From positions 1 through 59,465 of the forward strand of contig JAHHIK010000046.1 of the NCBI GenBank assembly GCA_019358935.1: a stretch of DNA of 59,465 bases, read 5' to 3'. The translations under genes and the position numbers were made by a program. This DNA is from Tolypothrix carrinoi HA7290-LM1. GTDB lineage: Bacteria; Cyanobacteriota; Cyanobacteriia; Cyanobacteriales; Nostocaceae. The notes beneath the pieces were generated by a model. The model was given only the letters and a program-made list of their open reading frames with translations, was not told where the DNA came from and ran no database searches. Below are positions 9,707 to 19,017 of this stretch, one piece after another. Each line of letters opens with the position of its first letter. Position 1 is the first letter of the stretch.

Positions 9707-10677
9707 CGATAAAAAAAGCACTCATTACTGGCTTAACCGGACAAGACGGCTCTTATCTTGCTGAACTACTCCTAACGAAAGGCTACCAAGTCTTCGGGTT
9801 AGTTCGTCGCTCTAGCACCAGCAACTTGGAGCGCATTACCCACCTTTCAAGTAACATCCAAATCGTATCCGGTGACCTCCTAGATCAATCTTCACTGATG
9901 GATGTGATCGCCCAAACCCAGCCAGACGAAATTTATAACCTCGCTTCTCAAAGCTATGTTCCTATCTCTTGGACACAACCAGCCCTCACCGCTGAATACA
10001 CAGCCCTCGGTGTTTCCCGCCTTTTAGAATCTATCCGGCGCTGCAAACCAGATGCCAGATTTTATCAAGCCTCGAGCAGCGAAGTTTTTGGTCAACCGGA
10101 CGAATCGCCGCAAACCGAGCGCACCGCTTTCCGTCCTCGCAACCCCTACGGTGTTGCCAAAGCTTACGCCCACTGGATGACAATTAATTATCGCCAACAA
10201 TACAACCTCTACACCTGTTGTGGCATTACCTACACCCACGAATCGCCTCGACGCGGTACGGAATTCGTGTTTCGCAAAATTACACAAGCAGTTGCCCAAA
10301 TAAAACTTGGTTTAGCAAATGAATTAAAATTAGGCAACTTAGATGCTCGTCGTGACTGGTGCTATGCCAAAGATGCTGTTTATGCCATGTGGTTGATGTT
10401 ACAGCAATCTTCACCAGATGATTATATTATTGCTAGCGGTGAAACTCACTCTGTTAAAGAATTGGTTGAGTGCGCTTTCAACTGCATTGGTCTAAATTGG
10501 CAAGATTATGTCTCAGTTGACCCAGCATTTTATCGCCCTGATGAGCCAGTGCAGTTGGTTGGCTGTATTAATAAAAGTAAAACCCAGCTAGGTTGGCAAC
10601 CTCAGCATTCTTTCGAGCAAATGGTGGAGTTAATGGTTGATTATGACCTGAAAAAATTGAGCAATGGCGGATCGTAA
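9703..10677 (+). CDS. gmd: GDP-mannose 4,6-dehydratase
   Basis: ITGLTGQDGSYLAE, FYQASSSEVFG, PRNPYGVAKAYAH, GNLDARRDW. Confidence 0.92.
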   Translation: MTIKKALITGLTGQDGSYLAELLLTKGYQVFGLVRRSSTSNLERITHLSSNIQIVSGDLLDQSSLMDVIAQTQPDEIYNLASQSYVPISWTQPALTAEYTALGVSRLLESIRRCKPDARFYQASSSEVFGQPDESPQTERTAFRPRNPYGVAKAYAHWMTINYRQQYNLYTCCGITYTHESPRRGTEFVFRKITQAVAQIKLGLANELKLGNLDARRDWCYAKDAVYAMWLMLQQSSPDDYIIASGETHSVKELVECAFNCIGLNWQDYVSVDPAFYRPDEPVQLVGCINKSKTQLGWQPQHSFEQMVELMVDYDLKKLSNGGS

Positions 10678-10685
10678 ACACTCTT

Positions 10686-11849
10686 ATGCTAAAAGTTGTA
10701 GTTGATGCCACGCCAGTAGCTCCAAGACCGAGTGGGGTTGGCTTTTATGTTGCTAATTTAATACGCGCACTCAATGCGTTACAAGAAAAAGAAAACTTTC
10801 AATTAGGAATAGTCAATCAACCAGGTGTAAAAAAGTGGCTACGAGGTAACTTAAGTTTTCCTGACAGCCTCCAAGAGTATTGTCATCGGCATATGTTGCC
10901 TATACCTGTGAGAATTTCAGATTTATTATTGGCGATCGCCTTCAAACCAAGTTTGTCTTATTTTGAAAAATACTTTGGCTTTCCAGATATATTGCATGGT
11001 ACGAATTATTCAGTTTATCCATGTAATAAAAGCTTAAAGGTCATGAATATTTATGACCTAACTTTTATTAAATATCCTCACTATGTAGATTCTGTTGTCA
11101 AAACATATACAGAGCGAGTCAAGCGTTGCTTGCAGTGGACAGATTTAGTTATAACGATTTCAGAAAGCTCTAAAAAAGACATTGTTGAGTATTTAAAGGT
11201 AGATCCAGAAAAAGTCTATGTCACGCCTCTAGCTAGTCGTTATTATGCTAATTACTTGTGTACTGAAAATATTTTGGAGTTAGAGAAGCAAGTAAACTAT
11301 GATTTTTCTCAGCCATACCTGCTTTTTGTCAGCACTATCGAACCTAGGAAAAATATTCTAACACTAATATCAGCATTTAATTATTTGAAGCAAAAATATA
11401 ATATTGAACATAAATTAATATTAATTGGTAAGAAAGGATGGAATTACAAACCGATATTTGCTGCTATTGAAAATTCACCTTGGAAACACGATATTCATCA
11501 TCTTGATTATTTATCCGATGAATTAGTTGCCTTATTTTACTCAAAAGCCGATGTTTTCGTTTATCCTTCTCATTATGAAGGATTCGGTTTGCCTGTATTG
11601 GAAGCAATGACGCTTGGCACTTGTGTTGTTAGTTCTCAGACTTCTTCAATTCCGGAGGTTGCGGGAGATGCGGCTTTATTAATTAACCCAAATGAGCCAA
11701 TACAGCTGGCAGAAACTATTTTAAAAGTAATTAGTGATTCTCAGTTGCGTCAGCAGTTAATTGATAAAGGGAAAGAACAGGCTAAATTATTTACTTGGGA
11801 AAGAACGGCTAGGGAAACTTTAAAGGCTTATAAAAGTCTTATTAAGTGA
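10686..11849 (+). CDS. GT4 glycosyltransferase
   Basis: STIEPRKN, YPSHYEGFGLPVLEAM. Confidence 0.92.
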   Translation: MLKVVVDATPVAPRPSGVGFYVANLIRALNALQEKENFQLGIVNQPGVKKWLRGNLSFPDSLQEYCHRHMLPIPVRISDLLLAIAFKPSLSYFEKYFGFPDILHGTNYSVYPCNKSLKVMNIYDLTFIKYPHYVDSVVKTYTERVKRCLQWTDLVITISESSKKDIVEYLKVDPEKVYVTPLASRYYANYLCTENILELEKQVNYDFSQPYLLFVSTIEPRKNILTLISAFNYLKQKYNIEHKLILIGKKGWNYKPIFAAIENSPWKHDIHHLDYLSDELVALFYSKADVFVYPSHYEGFGLPVLEAMTLGTCVVSSQTSSIPEVAGDAALLINPNEPIQLAETILKVISDSQLRQQLIDKGKEQAKLFTWERTARETLKAYKSLIK

Positions 11850-11895
11850 TTAAGAATGTGAATTTACATAAAAGCTAGATAATTTTAACTGATTC

Positions 11896-11919
11896 ATGAT
11901 AGAGCGATCGCTCTATCAT
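11896..11919. terminator. Perfect 24-bp palindrome centred on HIP1, possible terminator or processing hairpin
   Basis: ATGATAGAGCGATCGCTCTATCAT, about 45 bp after the GT4 stop. Confidence 0.45.
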
Positions 11920-12027
11920 CCAACCTCAGTTAAGAAAAGTAGTAAAAGCCTCTATCTAGGTTTCATCTACTACCTGTAAGATATAAAAATGAAATTCTGA
12001 CAACAGTATGACGGCACACCAAAATCC

Positions 12028-12573
12028 ATGAACATTGTGCCTACCGAAATTCCGGAAGTTCTGCAAATACAACCCCAAGTCTTGGCAGATAATCGCGGCT
12101 TCTTCTTTGAATCATACAATCAGCAAAAATTTAGAGATAAAACAGGCATCAATCTCAACTTTGTCCAAGACAATCACTCCTTGTCTAAACAAAACGTTTT
12201 ACGCGGATTACATTACCAAATCATACAACCCCAAGGTAAATTAGTCCGCGTCGTTGTTGGTAGTATCTTCGATGTAGCCGTAGATATTAGAAAAAGCTCA
12301 CCTACATTTGGTCAATGGGTGGGTTGTGAATTGAGCGCTGAAAATAAATGCCAACTGTGGATACCACCAGGCTTTGCTCACGGCTTCTTGGTGCTTTCCG
12401 AAGTTGCGGAAGTTCTTTACAAAACTACAAATTACTATAATCCCCAAGGCGATCGCTCTATTCTCTGGAACGATCCAGATTTAGCCATAGATTGGCATCT
12501 CACTGCACCACCAATTTTATCTGCTAAAGACCAAGCGGGTAAACCTTTTACAGTCGCAGAGGTCTTTTCTTGA
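12028..12573 (+). CDS. rfbC: dTDP-4-dehydrorhamnose 3,5-epimerase
   Basis: DNRGFFFES, FVQDNHSLS, LRGLHYQ, WIPPGFAHGF. Confidence 0.95.
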   Translation: MNIVPTEIPEVLQIQPQVLADNRGFFFESYNQQKFRDKTGINLNFVQDNHSLSKQNVLRGLHYQIIQPQGKLVRVVVGSIFDVAVDIRKSSPTFGQWVGCELSAENKCQLWIPPGFAHGFLVLSEVAEVLYKTTNYYNPQGDRSILWNDPDLAIDWHLTAPPILSAKDQAGKPFTVAEVFS

Positions 12574-12593
12574 GAGTGTATTTATTGATCGTA

Positions 12594-12627
12594 GCGATCG
12601 CACCATTTAAAAACAAAGTGCGATCGC
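12594..12627. terminator. HIP1-based hairpin between convergent genes
   Basis: GCGATCGCAC-N14-GTGCGATCGC between the rfbC and CAP-gene stops. Confidence 0.5.
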
Positions 12628-12655
12628 CATGATTAATCAATTCAATATTTTGACA

Positions 12656-14110
12656 TTAGGTAGAAATTACACCAAAATCTTGCGTCCAGTAGAAGTGCTC
12701 ATTGACATTACCCGTATCATTCGCCAGGTAATAGTAACCAATGCCAACTTCTCGATAACTGGGATTAAAAATATTGGCGCGATGTCCTGGACTGTTAAGC
12801 CATCCTTGAACAACATCTTCAGGTGTAGCGTAGCCTGCGGCAATATTTTCCCCAAGCCGAGAAAAGTTATAGCCCGATGCTTTAGCGCGATCGCCCATTG
12901 AAGATCCGTTTGAACCCTTATGGTCAAAAAAGTCATGAAGTGCCATGTCTTCACTATGCGCTTGAGCAGAATTATTCAACTTACTATTCAACGTTAATGG
13001 CTGTAAACCAGCTTGCAAACGTTGAGCATTCGTCAGTTCCAAAACGCGATTTATAAAAGAATTGCCAGATGATGGCTCCTTGGGTGACTCAACTGTGATA
13101 GACGTAGATGTAATTGTAGGTTTAGCCGGTTCAAGTGTGGCAGGCGTCGCAGACAGGCTCAAATTGTAATTAGTGTCGCTGCCCTCGGCTGCTTGGTACA
13201 CCCGGATGTAGTAAGTACCAGCCTGTAAATTGCTGACATTTAACAATTCACTGGCATTATCAGCATAGTTTCCACGACTTATTGCTTGCCCATCGCTATT
13301 GAGTAGCTCCACATCAGCATTTGCAGTCAAACCATTGAGCAAAATTTTAAAGTTGCTGATTGGAGACGCGAAATTGAAGCTATAAAAGTCAATCGGGTCA
13401 GTATTGCCAACAGAGTCTCTAAAGGTAACTTGCTCTTGGTCTATAGCTATTTTGTGAGCTTGATTCCATAGATTACCGGCGCGATCGCTCTTGATATAGT
13501 CGCTCGCAATGCGACTCTCAGGCAAACCATTAGTTAGGAAGTGTTGCAATGCTTGAGAGTAGCTCAAATATGCTAAATCAGGATTCTTAGACAGATAAAA
13601 CTTTGCATTGAAAGTCTCTGATGATGCACGTCCCTCAATTGAACCAGAAAGTGCAAAATGGTCTAAAAGTTCTTTGTTACTTAGCGTTGTTGCAGCTAAG
13701 TCAGAATTGGCACTTCGATAGTAATTGACATCAAACGTAAGTGAAAATTTGCGTCCTTCATTCAGTCCATAAGTTTCAAAGTGATTAAATGCACCCTCTT
13801 TGTTACCTCCATAAGCTTGAGCTACATCAGGGTTATCAGCAACATAAAAATTGATATCGAACAACGGTGAAAATCTGCGTCCTTCTGCTACACCGTATTT
13901 TTCTAGATGCTCAAATGCTTGTTTGTTACTGAAGCTAGCCAAGTCACTATTGCTTGCACGATAGAAGTTTAGATCCACAATTGGAGAAAAACGAAGACCT
14001 TGGTCTAAACCGTATTTCTCAAAATGTGATAATGCTTGTGCATCATTCAAACCGAGCAAATCAGAATTTGCGGCGCGATAAAAATTCGCGTCGAATAAAT
14101 TTACGGGCAT
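12656..14110 (-). CDS. CAP/SCP-domain protein with N-terminal ~37-aa repeats and a PPC-like domain
   Basis: Repeats FDxNFYRAxNxDL...HFxxYGxxEGR; D(F/Y)YSF..GTYYIRVY PPC-like segment; C-terminal LTNAQR..AHSEDMA..GENIAAG..WLNSPGHRANI..WTQDFG. Confidence 0.88.
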   Translation of the reverse strand: MPVNLFDANFYRAANSDLLGLNDAQALSHFEKYGLDQGLRFSPIVDLNFYRASNSDLASFSNKQAFEHLEKYGVAEGRRFSPLFDINFYVADNPDVAQAYGGNKEGAFNHFETYGLNEGRKFSLTFDVNYYRSANSDLAATTLSNKELLDHFALSGSIEGRASSETFNAKFYLSKNPDLAYLSYSQALQHFLTNGLPESRIASDYIKSDRAGNLWNQAHKIAIDQEQVTFRDSVGNTDPIDFYSFNFASPISNFKILLNGLTANADVELLNSDGQAISRGNYADNASELLNVSNLQAGTYYIRVYQAAEGSDTNYNLSLSATPATLEPAKPTITSTSITVESPKEPSSGNSFINRVLELTNAQRLQAGLQPLTLNSKLNNSAQAHSEDMALHDFFDHKGSNGSSMGDRAKASGYNFSRLGENIAAGYATPEDVVQGWLNSPGHRANIFNPSYREVGIGYYYLANDTGNVNEHFYWTQDFGVIST

Positions 14111-14521
14111 AGGTAAGTTTGACTTATTAGTGTCTACTTTTTTGTTGGAGTTAGTATTCCCTATGCCATAGAACTTCTAACCCTAAAATGAAAAACTTTT
14201 AAGGTTATAAGCACACTTAAATTTTCTGGGAACACACGTAGGCATTGTATCAGAGTGCCTACACCAAAACTTGTATCTGTCACAAGATAGAAATTCTCAA
14301 GCCAGGTATTAATGGTTGCGCGATCGCCCAAAATCATCAAAAAGTCTAAAATTTACCAAAAATTAGACTGAGTAAGCGATCCCCAAAAAAATTCACTCCT
14401 TAGCAAATACTGATTTAACGTGCCATTTTTAATAAGTATAATTTATGTATAAGAATTCTCTGACGGTATAAAAAATAAGTCTTCAAAGCTCTGGAAATTG
14501 ACTTTCTTGATTAAGATTTTT

Positions 14522-14616
14522 AGGAATGAGCGCAAAAATAATTGTAAGGCACATTATACAGTAGCGGTAATTCATGAATTATCGCTTTCAAGCGATCGTA
14601 TGATGCGCTCATTCCT
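14522..14616. mobile_element. MITE-like element with 13-bp terminal inverted repeats and an internal REP-like hairpin
   Basis: AGGAATGAGCGCA ... TGCGCTCATTCCT; internal GTAGCGGTAATTCATGAATTATCGCT. Confidence 0.55.
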
Positions 14617-14721
14617 GATTTTGTAGTACTAAACTCTTAAAAAACTTGCGCCTAATGGTATGGTTAACATTAAACTCTTGATGGGGTTTTGACCCAACCG
14701 CCTTTCTTTATAGCTAATAAA

Positions 14722-15606
14722 ATGAGTCAATCAATTTTGCTGATCGGCAATAACGGTCAACTAGGCAAAGAACTAGAAACAATTCTCGCCCCGTCAGGTA
14801 ATATCATTACAGTTGCACGCCCCACCGTAGACCTTACCCAAGCGGATATTCTCCGCAGCGTCATTGCTTTAAACCAACCACAAATCATCATCAACGCTGC
14901 TGCTTACACCGCTGTTGACAAAGCCGAAAGCGAACCAGAACTAGCAAAAATTATCAATGCAACAGCACCTCTGATTCTCGCTGAAGAAAGCCAAAAATTG
15001 AAAGCTTTTTTAATTCATATTTCCACCGATTACGTCTTTGATGGCTTATGTTGCAGTCCCTACCAAGAAAGTAGCGCAACTAATCCCTTGAGTGTCTATG
15101 GTAAAACTAAACTTGCAGGAGAAGAAGCGATTCAAAATACTTGCAACGATTACCTGATTCTTCGCACTGCTTGGGTTTATGGAACATATGGCAAAAGTAA
15201 CTTTGTCAAAACTATGCTGCGATTGGGTGCCCAAAAAGAAGAAATCCGCGTTGTTGCCGATCAAATTGGTAGTCCCACTTGGGCTCAAGATATAGCGGGT
15301 GCGATCGCTTCTCTAATTAAAAATAGAATTACCACCAAAATTACTGGCATTTATCACTACACAAACAGCGGTGTTGCTAGCTGGTACGACTTCGCCGTTG
15401 CTATCTTTGAAGAAGCCCAGCAATTAGGCTTCCCTTTGAAAATCCAACGAATTGTCCCCATCACCACTCCCGAATATCCCACACCAGCTTGTCGTCCCGC
15501 CTATTCCGTCCTTGCTTGTGAGAAAATATCCGCAGTTCTCGGAACTTATCCCCCCCATTGGCGACAAAGACTTCGGAAAATGTTAAAGGAGTTAGTTGTT
15601 AGTTGA
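14722..15606 (+). CDS. rfbD: dTDP-4-dehydrorhamnose reductase
   Basis: GNNGQLG, NAAAYTAVDKAESE, HISTDYVFDG, YGKTKLAGE, DQIGSPT. Confidence 0.95.
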   Translation: MSQSILLIGNNGQLGKELETILAPSGNIITVARPTVDLTQADILRSVIALNQPQIIINAAAYTAVDKAESEPELAKIINATAPLILAEESQKLKAFLIHISTDYVFDGLCCSPYQESSATNPLSVYGKTKLAGEEAIQNTCNDYLILRTAWVYGTYGKSNFVKTMLRLGAQKEEIRVVADQIGSPTWAQDIAGAIASLIKNRITTKITGIYHYTNSGVASWYDFAVAIFEEAQQLGFPLKIQRIVPITTPEYPTPACRPAYSVLACEKISAVLGTYPPHWRQRLRKMLKELVVS

Positions 15607-15840
15607 TAGTTGTTAGTTGTTAGTTGTTAGTTGATAGTTGTTGGTGAACCACTGCGTTGCGGAGCCAGTGCTGTGCGGAGGTCACGAACGTTGAGGCACC
15701 TGGCGTGGGGTTCCCCCCGTTGTAGCAAGTGGTGAACCCGAAGGGTTGATAGTTGTTAGTTGATAGTTGATAGTTGATAGTTGTTGGTTGAACAAAAACT
15801 ACTAACCACTAACCACTAACCACTAACGACTATCCACTAT
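15592..15840. repeat. STRR arrays (TAGTTGT/AACCACT) enclosing nested 45-nt mini-elements
   Basis: 7-mer arrays flank reverse-complement copies of the CGCCAG..CAACG..GAAC..CGCA..GCACTGGCT element. Confidence 0.8.
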
Positions 15841-15845
15841 CCCTT

Positions 15846-16922
15846 ATGAAAGCACTAATTCTCTCCGGTGGTAAAGGTACGCGCTTGCGCCCCCTTACCT
15901 ACACCGGGGCAAAACAACTCGTACCAGTTGCCAATAAACCAATTTTGTGGTATGGCATCGAAGAAATGGTAACTGCTGGTATTACTGATATTGGCATCAT
16001 CATCAGCCCGGAAACAGGGGCAGAAGTTCAGGCAAAAACAGGAAATGGAGAACGTTTCGGGGCTAACATCACCTACATCTTACAAGATAAGCCAGCAGGA
16101 CTTGCTCATGCAGTGCAAGTTGCCCGTCCCTTCTTAAGAGATTCTTCGTTTGTGATGTACTTGGGCGATAACGTGATTCAACAAGGCGATTTGAGTTACT
16201 TTTTGAAAAAATTTATCCAAGAAACCCAAGATGCGTTGATTTTGCTGCGTCCAGTTGCCAATCCTAGCGCCTTTGGGGTGGCAAAGGTAGATGACACGGG
16301 ACGGGTGTTGCAATTGATTGAGAAACCGAAAATTCCCCCTTCTAATTTGGCATTGGTGGGAGTTTATTTCTTTTCTCATATCATTCATGAGGCGATCGCC
16401 ACCATCCAACCTTCCACCAGAGGTGAACTAGAAATCACCGACGCTATTCAGTGCTTAATTGACCGGAAAAAGCAAGTTATAGCTTGTCAACTTGAAGGCT
16501 GGTGGTTAGATACTGGCAAAAAAGATGACTTGTTAGAAGCTAATCGTTTGATTCTTGACACCTATCTGACAAAATCAATTTTAGGTATGGTGGACTCTGA
16601 AAGTCAGGTTATTGGACGAGTGCAAATCGGTGAAAGGTCTAGAATAATTAATTGCACAATTCGCGGTCCGGTAGTGATTGGTACTGATTGTCATTTAGAA
16701 AACTGCTTCATCGGTTCTTACAGTAGCATCGCCGACAATGTAACCTTAATCGATACTGATTTAGAACATAGCGTTGTTTTAGAAAATGCAAAAATAGTCG
16801 GTATTCATGAACGTATTATTGATAGTGTAATTGGGCAACGCGCACAGTTAACAATTGCACCCCGTCGCCCCAAAGCTTTGCGGTTTATGATAGGAGATGA
16901 CTGTCACATTGAACTGACGTGA
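15846..16922 (+). CDS. rfbA: Glucose-1-phosphate thymidylyltransferase (long form)
   Basis: LSGGKGTRLRPLTYTGAKQLVPVANKP, RGELEITDA, WWLDTGKKDDLLEAN, LbH tail. Confidence 0.94.
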   Translation: MKALILSGGKGTRLRPLTYTGAKQLVPVANKPILWYGIEEMVTAGITDIGIIISPETGAEVQAKTGNGERFGANITYILQDKPAGLAHAVQVARPFLRDSSFVMYLGDNVIQQGDLSYFLKKFIQETQDALILLRPVANPSAFGVAKVDDTGRVLQLIEKPKIPPSNLALVGVYFFSHIIHEAIATIQPSTRGELEITDAIQCLIDRKKQVIACQLEGWWLDTGKKDDLLEANRLILDTYLTKSILGMVDSESQVIGRVQIGERSRIINCTIRGPVVIGTDCHLENCFIGSYSSIADNVTLIDTDLEHSVVLENAKIVGIHERIIDSVIGQRAQLTIAPRRPKALRFMIGDDCHIELT

Positions 16923-17070
16923 TTTACTTTTTAACAGTTAAGATTGCATTCCAACTTACAGTGAAGGCGTATTAATTTATTTTCGGCAATAATCTACACT
17001 TACTGACATTTTTATTAAAAATGCTAAGTTAAAATTATCTTACTCAGTTATAAAGTTACAGGCGATCGCT

Positions 17071-17647
17071 ATGGTTGTAGAAACCCCACCCCGTCACTAC
17101 TCGATTGAGGAGTACTTCGCTCTTGAGGAAACTACCGAGTACCGCAACGAATACCGTAATGGAGAAATTGTTACTATGACAGTCGGCTCAATTAATCATA
17201 ACCAAATTATTGTAAATTTAGTAATTGCTCTGAGCCTTGTTTTGCGCGAGCAAAATTATGGAGTTTACGCAAATGATTTACGCTTGTGGATTCCTCGCTA
17301 TCGCGAATACACTTACCCAGATATTTTAATTATCAAAGACGAACCTGTTTTTGAAGAACGACGCACCGATATTGTAGTTAATCCTTGTATTATCTTTGAG
17401 GTTTTATCAAAATCTACAAGTAGCCGCGATAGAGGTGATAAATTTACTTACTACCGAACAAGATAGCGAATTCCAAGAATATATTTTGATAGACCAATAT
17501 CAAATACATATCGAGCAGTTTAGCAAAACCCCAGAAGGAAACTGGCTACTCACCGAATCTGATGCTGAAGATAAAATTTTGAATTTAGTTTCAGTACAGT
17601 GTCAAATTCCCCACCGTCAGATTTATGAGCGAGTTAAGTTTGAATAA
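17071..17647 (+). pseudogene. Uma2-family (DUF820) endonuclease-like gene, frameshifted near 17460
   Basis: YTYPDI..IFEVLSKST..DRGDKFTYYR in one frame; EFQEYILIDQY.. continues in another. Confidence 0.8.
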
Positions 17648-18916
17648 ATGAGCAATATATTAGTTAACTTATCGATTGTTTTTTCTAAACCAACAGGTAT
17701 AAGTAACTATGCCACAAATCTTTTTCCCTATTTAAAAGCTCTTAACCCAACTTTATTAACGGCACAAAATTACTCTGAATTTAATTGCTATCCTGTACCA
17801 GATAATCTTACTCCGGCTCAAGGCACAAAAGGGCATTTAAATCGCTTACTTTGGACACAATTTGAACTGCCACAAATCTATAAAAAGCTAAAACCTCAAC
17901 TTTTATTTTCTCCTCTGCCGGAAGCACCTTTATTTTCTCACTGTCGATTTGTTGTGATGGTTCACGACTTTATCCCGTTGCGCTTTCCTAAACGCTTTTC
18001 ACCTTTGTTGCCTTATCATCGCTACTATATTCCCCAAGTCGTTGCCCAAGCACAACACGTTATTTGCAATTCTCAGGCTACAGCAAACGACATTATTAAG
18101 TTTTGTCAAATTCCCGCGAGCAAAATTACGCCTATTCCCCTAGCACATGATGGCGATCATTATTATCCTCTCAAAGACCTAACCCCCCTAACCCCACGCC
18201 AGTCGCACGCCAGGTGCTACAACGGAGGGAACCTCCGCAACGCACTGGCTCCTCAACGGAGGGAACCTCCGCACGGCGCTGGCTCCCTTCCCTATGAGGG
18301 AAGGGGGGAATTCTCCCCTCTCCTTGCAGGAGAGGGGACGGGGGAGAGGTCAGCAGGAGAGGGGATGGAAGAGAGGTCAAATTGCCCCTACTATCTTTAT
18401 ATTGGGCGACACGACCCTTACAAGAACCTGCATAGACTAATTGCTGCTTTTGCTGCAATTCCTAACTGCAAGGACTACGAACTCTGGTTAGCAGGATCAA
18501 CTGATGCGCGTTACACTCCAGCTTTGCGATCGCAAGCCGAAGAACTGAACATAAGCGATCGCGTAAAATTCCTCGATTATGTATCTTACAATCAATTGCC
18601 GAAAATAATTAATAACGCGATCGCCCTCGTCTTTCCCAGTCTTTGGGAAGGCTTTGGTTTCCCAGTTTTAGAAGCAATGGCTTGCGGCACTCCTGTCATC
18701 ACCTCGAATCTCTCCTCATTACCAGAAGTCGCCGGTGATGCAGCGATTTTGATTAATCCCTACAACACCAGCGAAATTACAGAGGCAATGCAAACAATTG
18801 CTACTGATAGAGAATTGCGCGATCGCCTTTCTGCCCAAAGCATCATTAGGGCAAATCAATTCAGTTGGGAAAAAACCGGATTTGCTACTGTCGAAGTCCT
18901 CAAACAATATCTTTAA
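17648..18916 (+). CDS. GT4 glycosyltransferase carrying an in-frame repeat-derived insertion
   Basis: PTGISNY, YIGRHDPYKN, FPSLWEGFGFPVLEAM; about 68-aa insert at 18175-18379. Confidence 0.9.
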   Translation: MSNILVNLSIVFSKPTGISNYATNLFPYLKALNPTLLTAQNYSEFNCYPVPDNLTPAQGTKGHLNRLLWTQFELPQIYKKLKPQLLFSPLPEAPLFSHCRFVVMVHDFIPLRFPKRFSPLLPYHRYYIPQVVAQAQHVICNSQATANDIIKFCQIPASKITPIPLAHDGDHYYPLKDLTPLTPRQSHARCYNGGNLRNALAPQRREPPHGAGSLPYEGRGEFSPLLAGEGTGERSAGEGMEERSNCPYYLYIGRHDPYKNLHRLIAAFAAIPNCKDYELWLAGSTDARYTPALRSQAEELNISDRVKFLDYVSYNQLPKIINNAIALVFPSLWEGFGFPVLEAMACGTPVITSNLSSLPEVAGDAAILINPYNTSEITEAMQTIATDRELRDRLSAQSIIRANQFSWEKTGFATVEVLKQYL

Positions 18917-19015
18917 GGGAATGGGGAATGGGTAATAGGTAATGGGTAATGGCAAATAGGGAATAAAAATAATTACCAATCACCAATTACCTCTTCCCCA
19001 ATTACCAATTACCAT
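18917..19015. repeat. Inverted STRR arrays between convergent genes, probable terminator
   Basis: GGTAAT(A/G)G-type units facing ATTACCA-type units. Confidence 0.75.
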
Positions 19016-19017
19016 CT

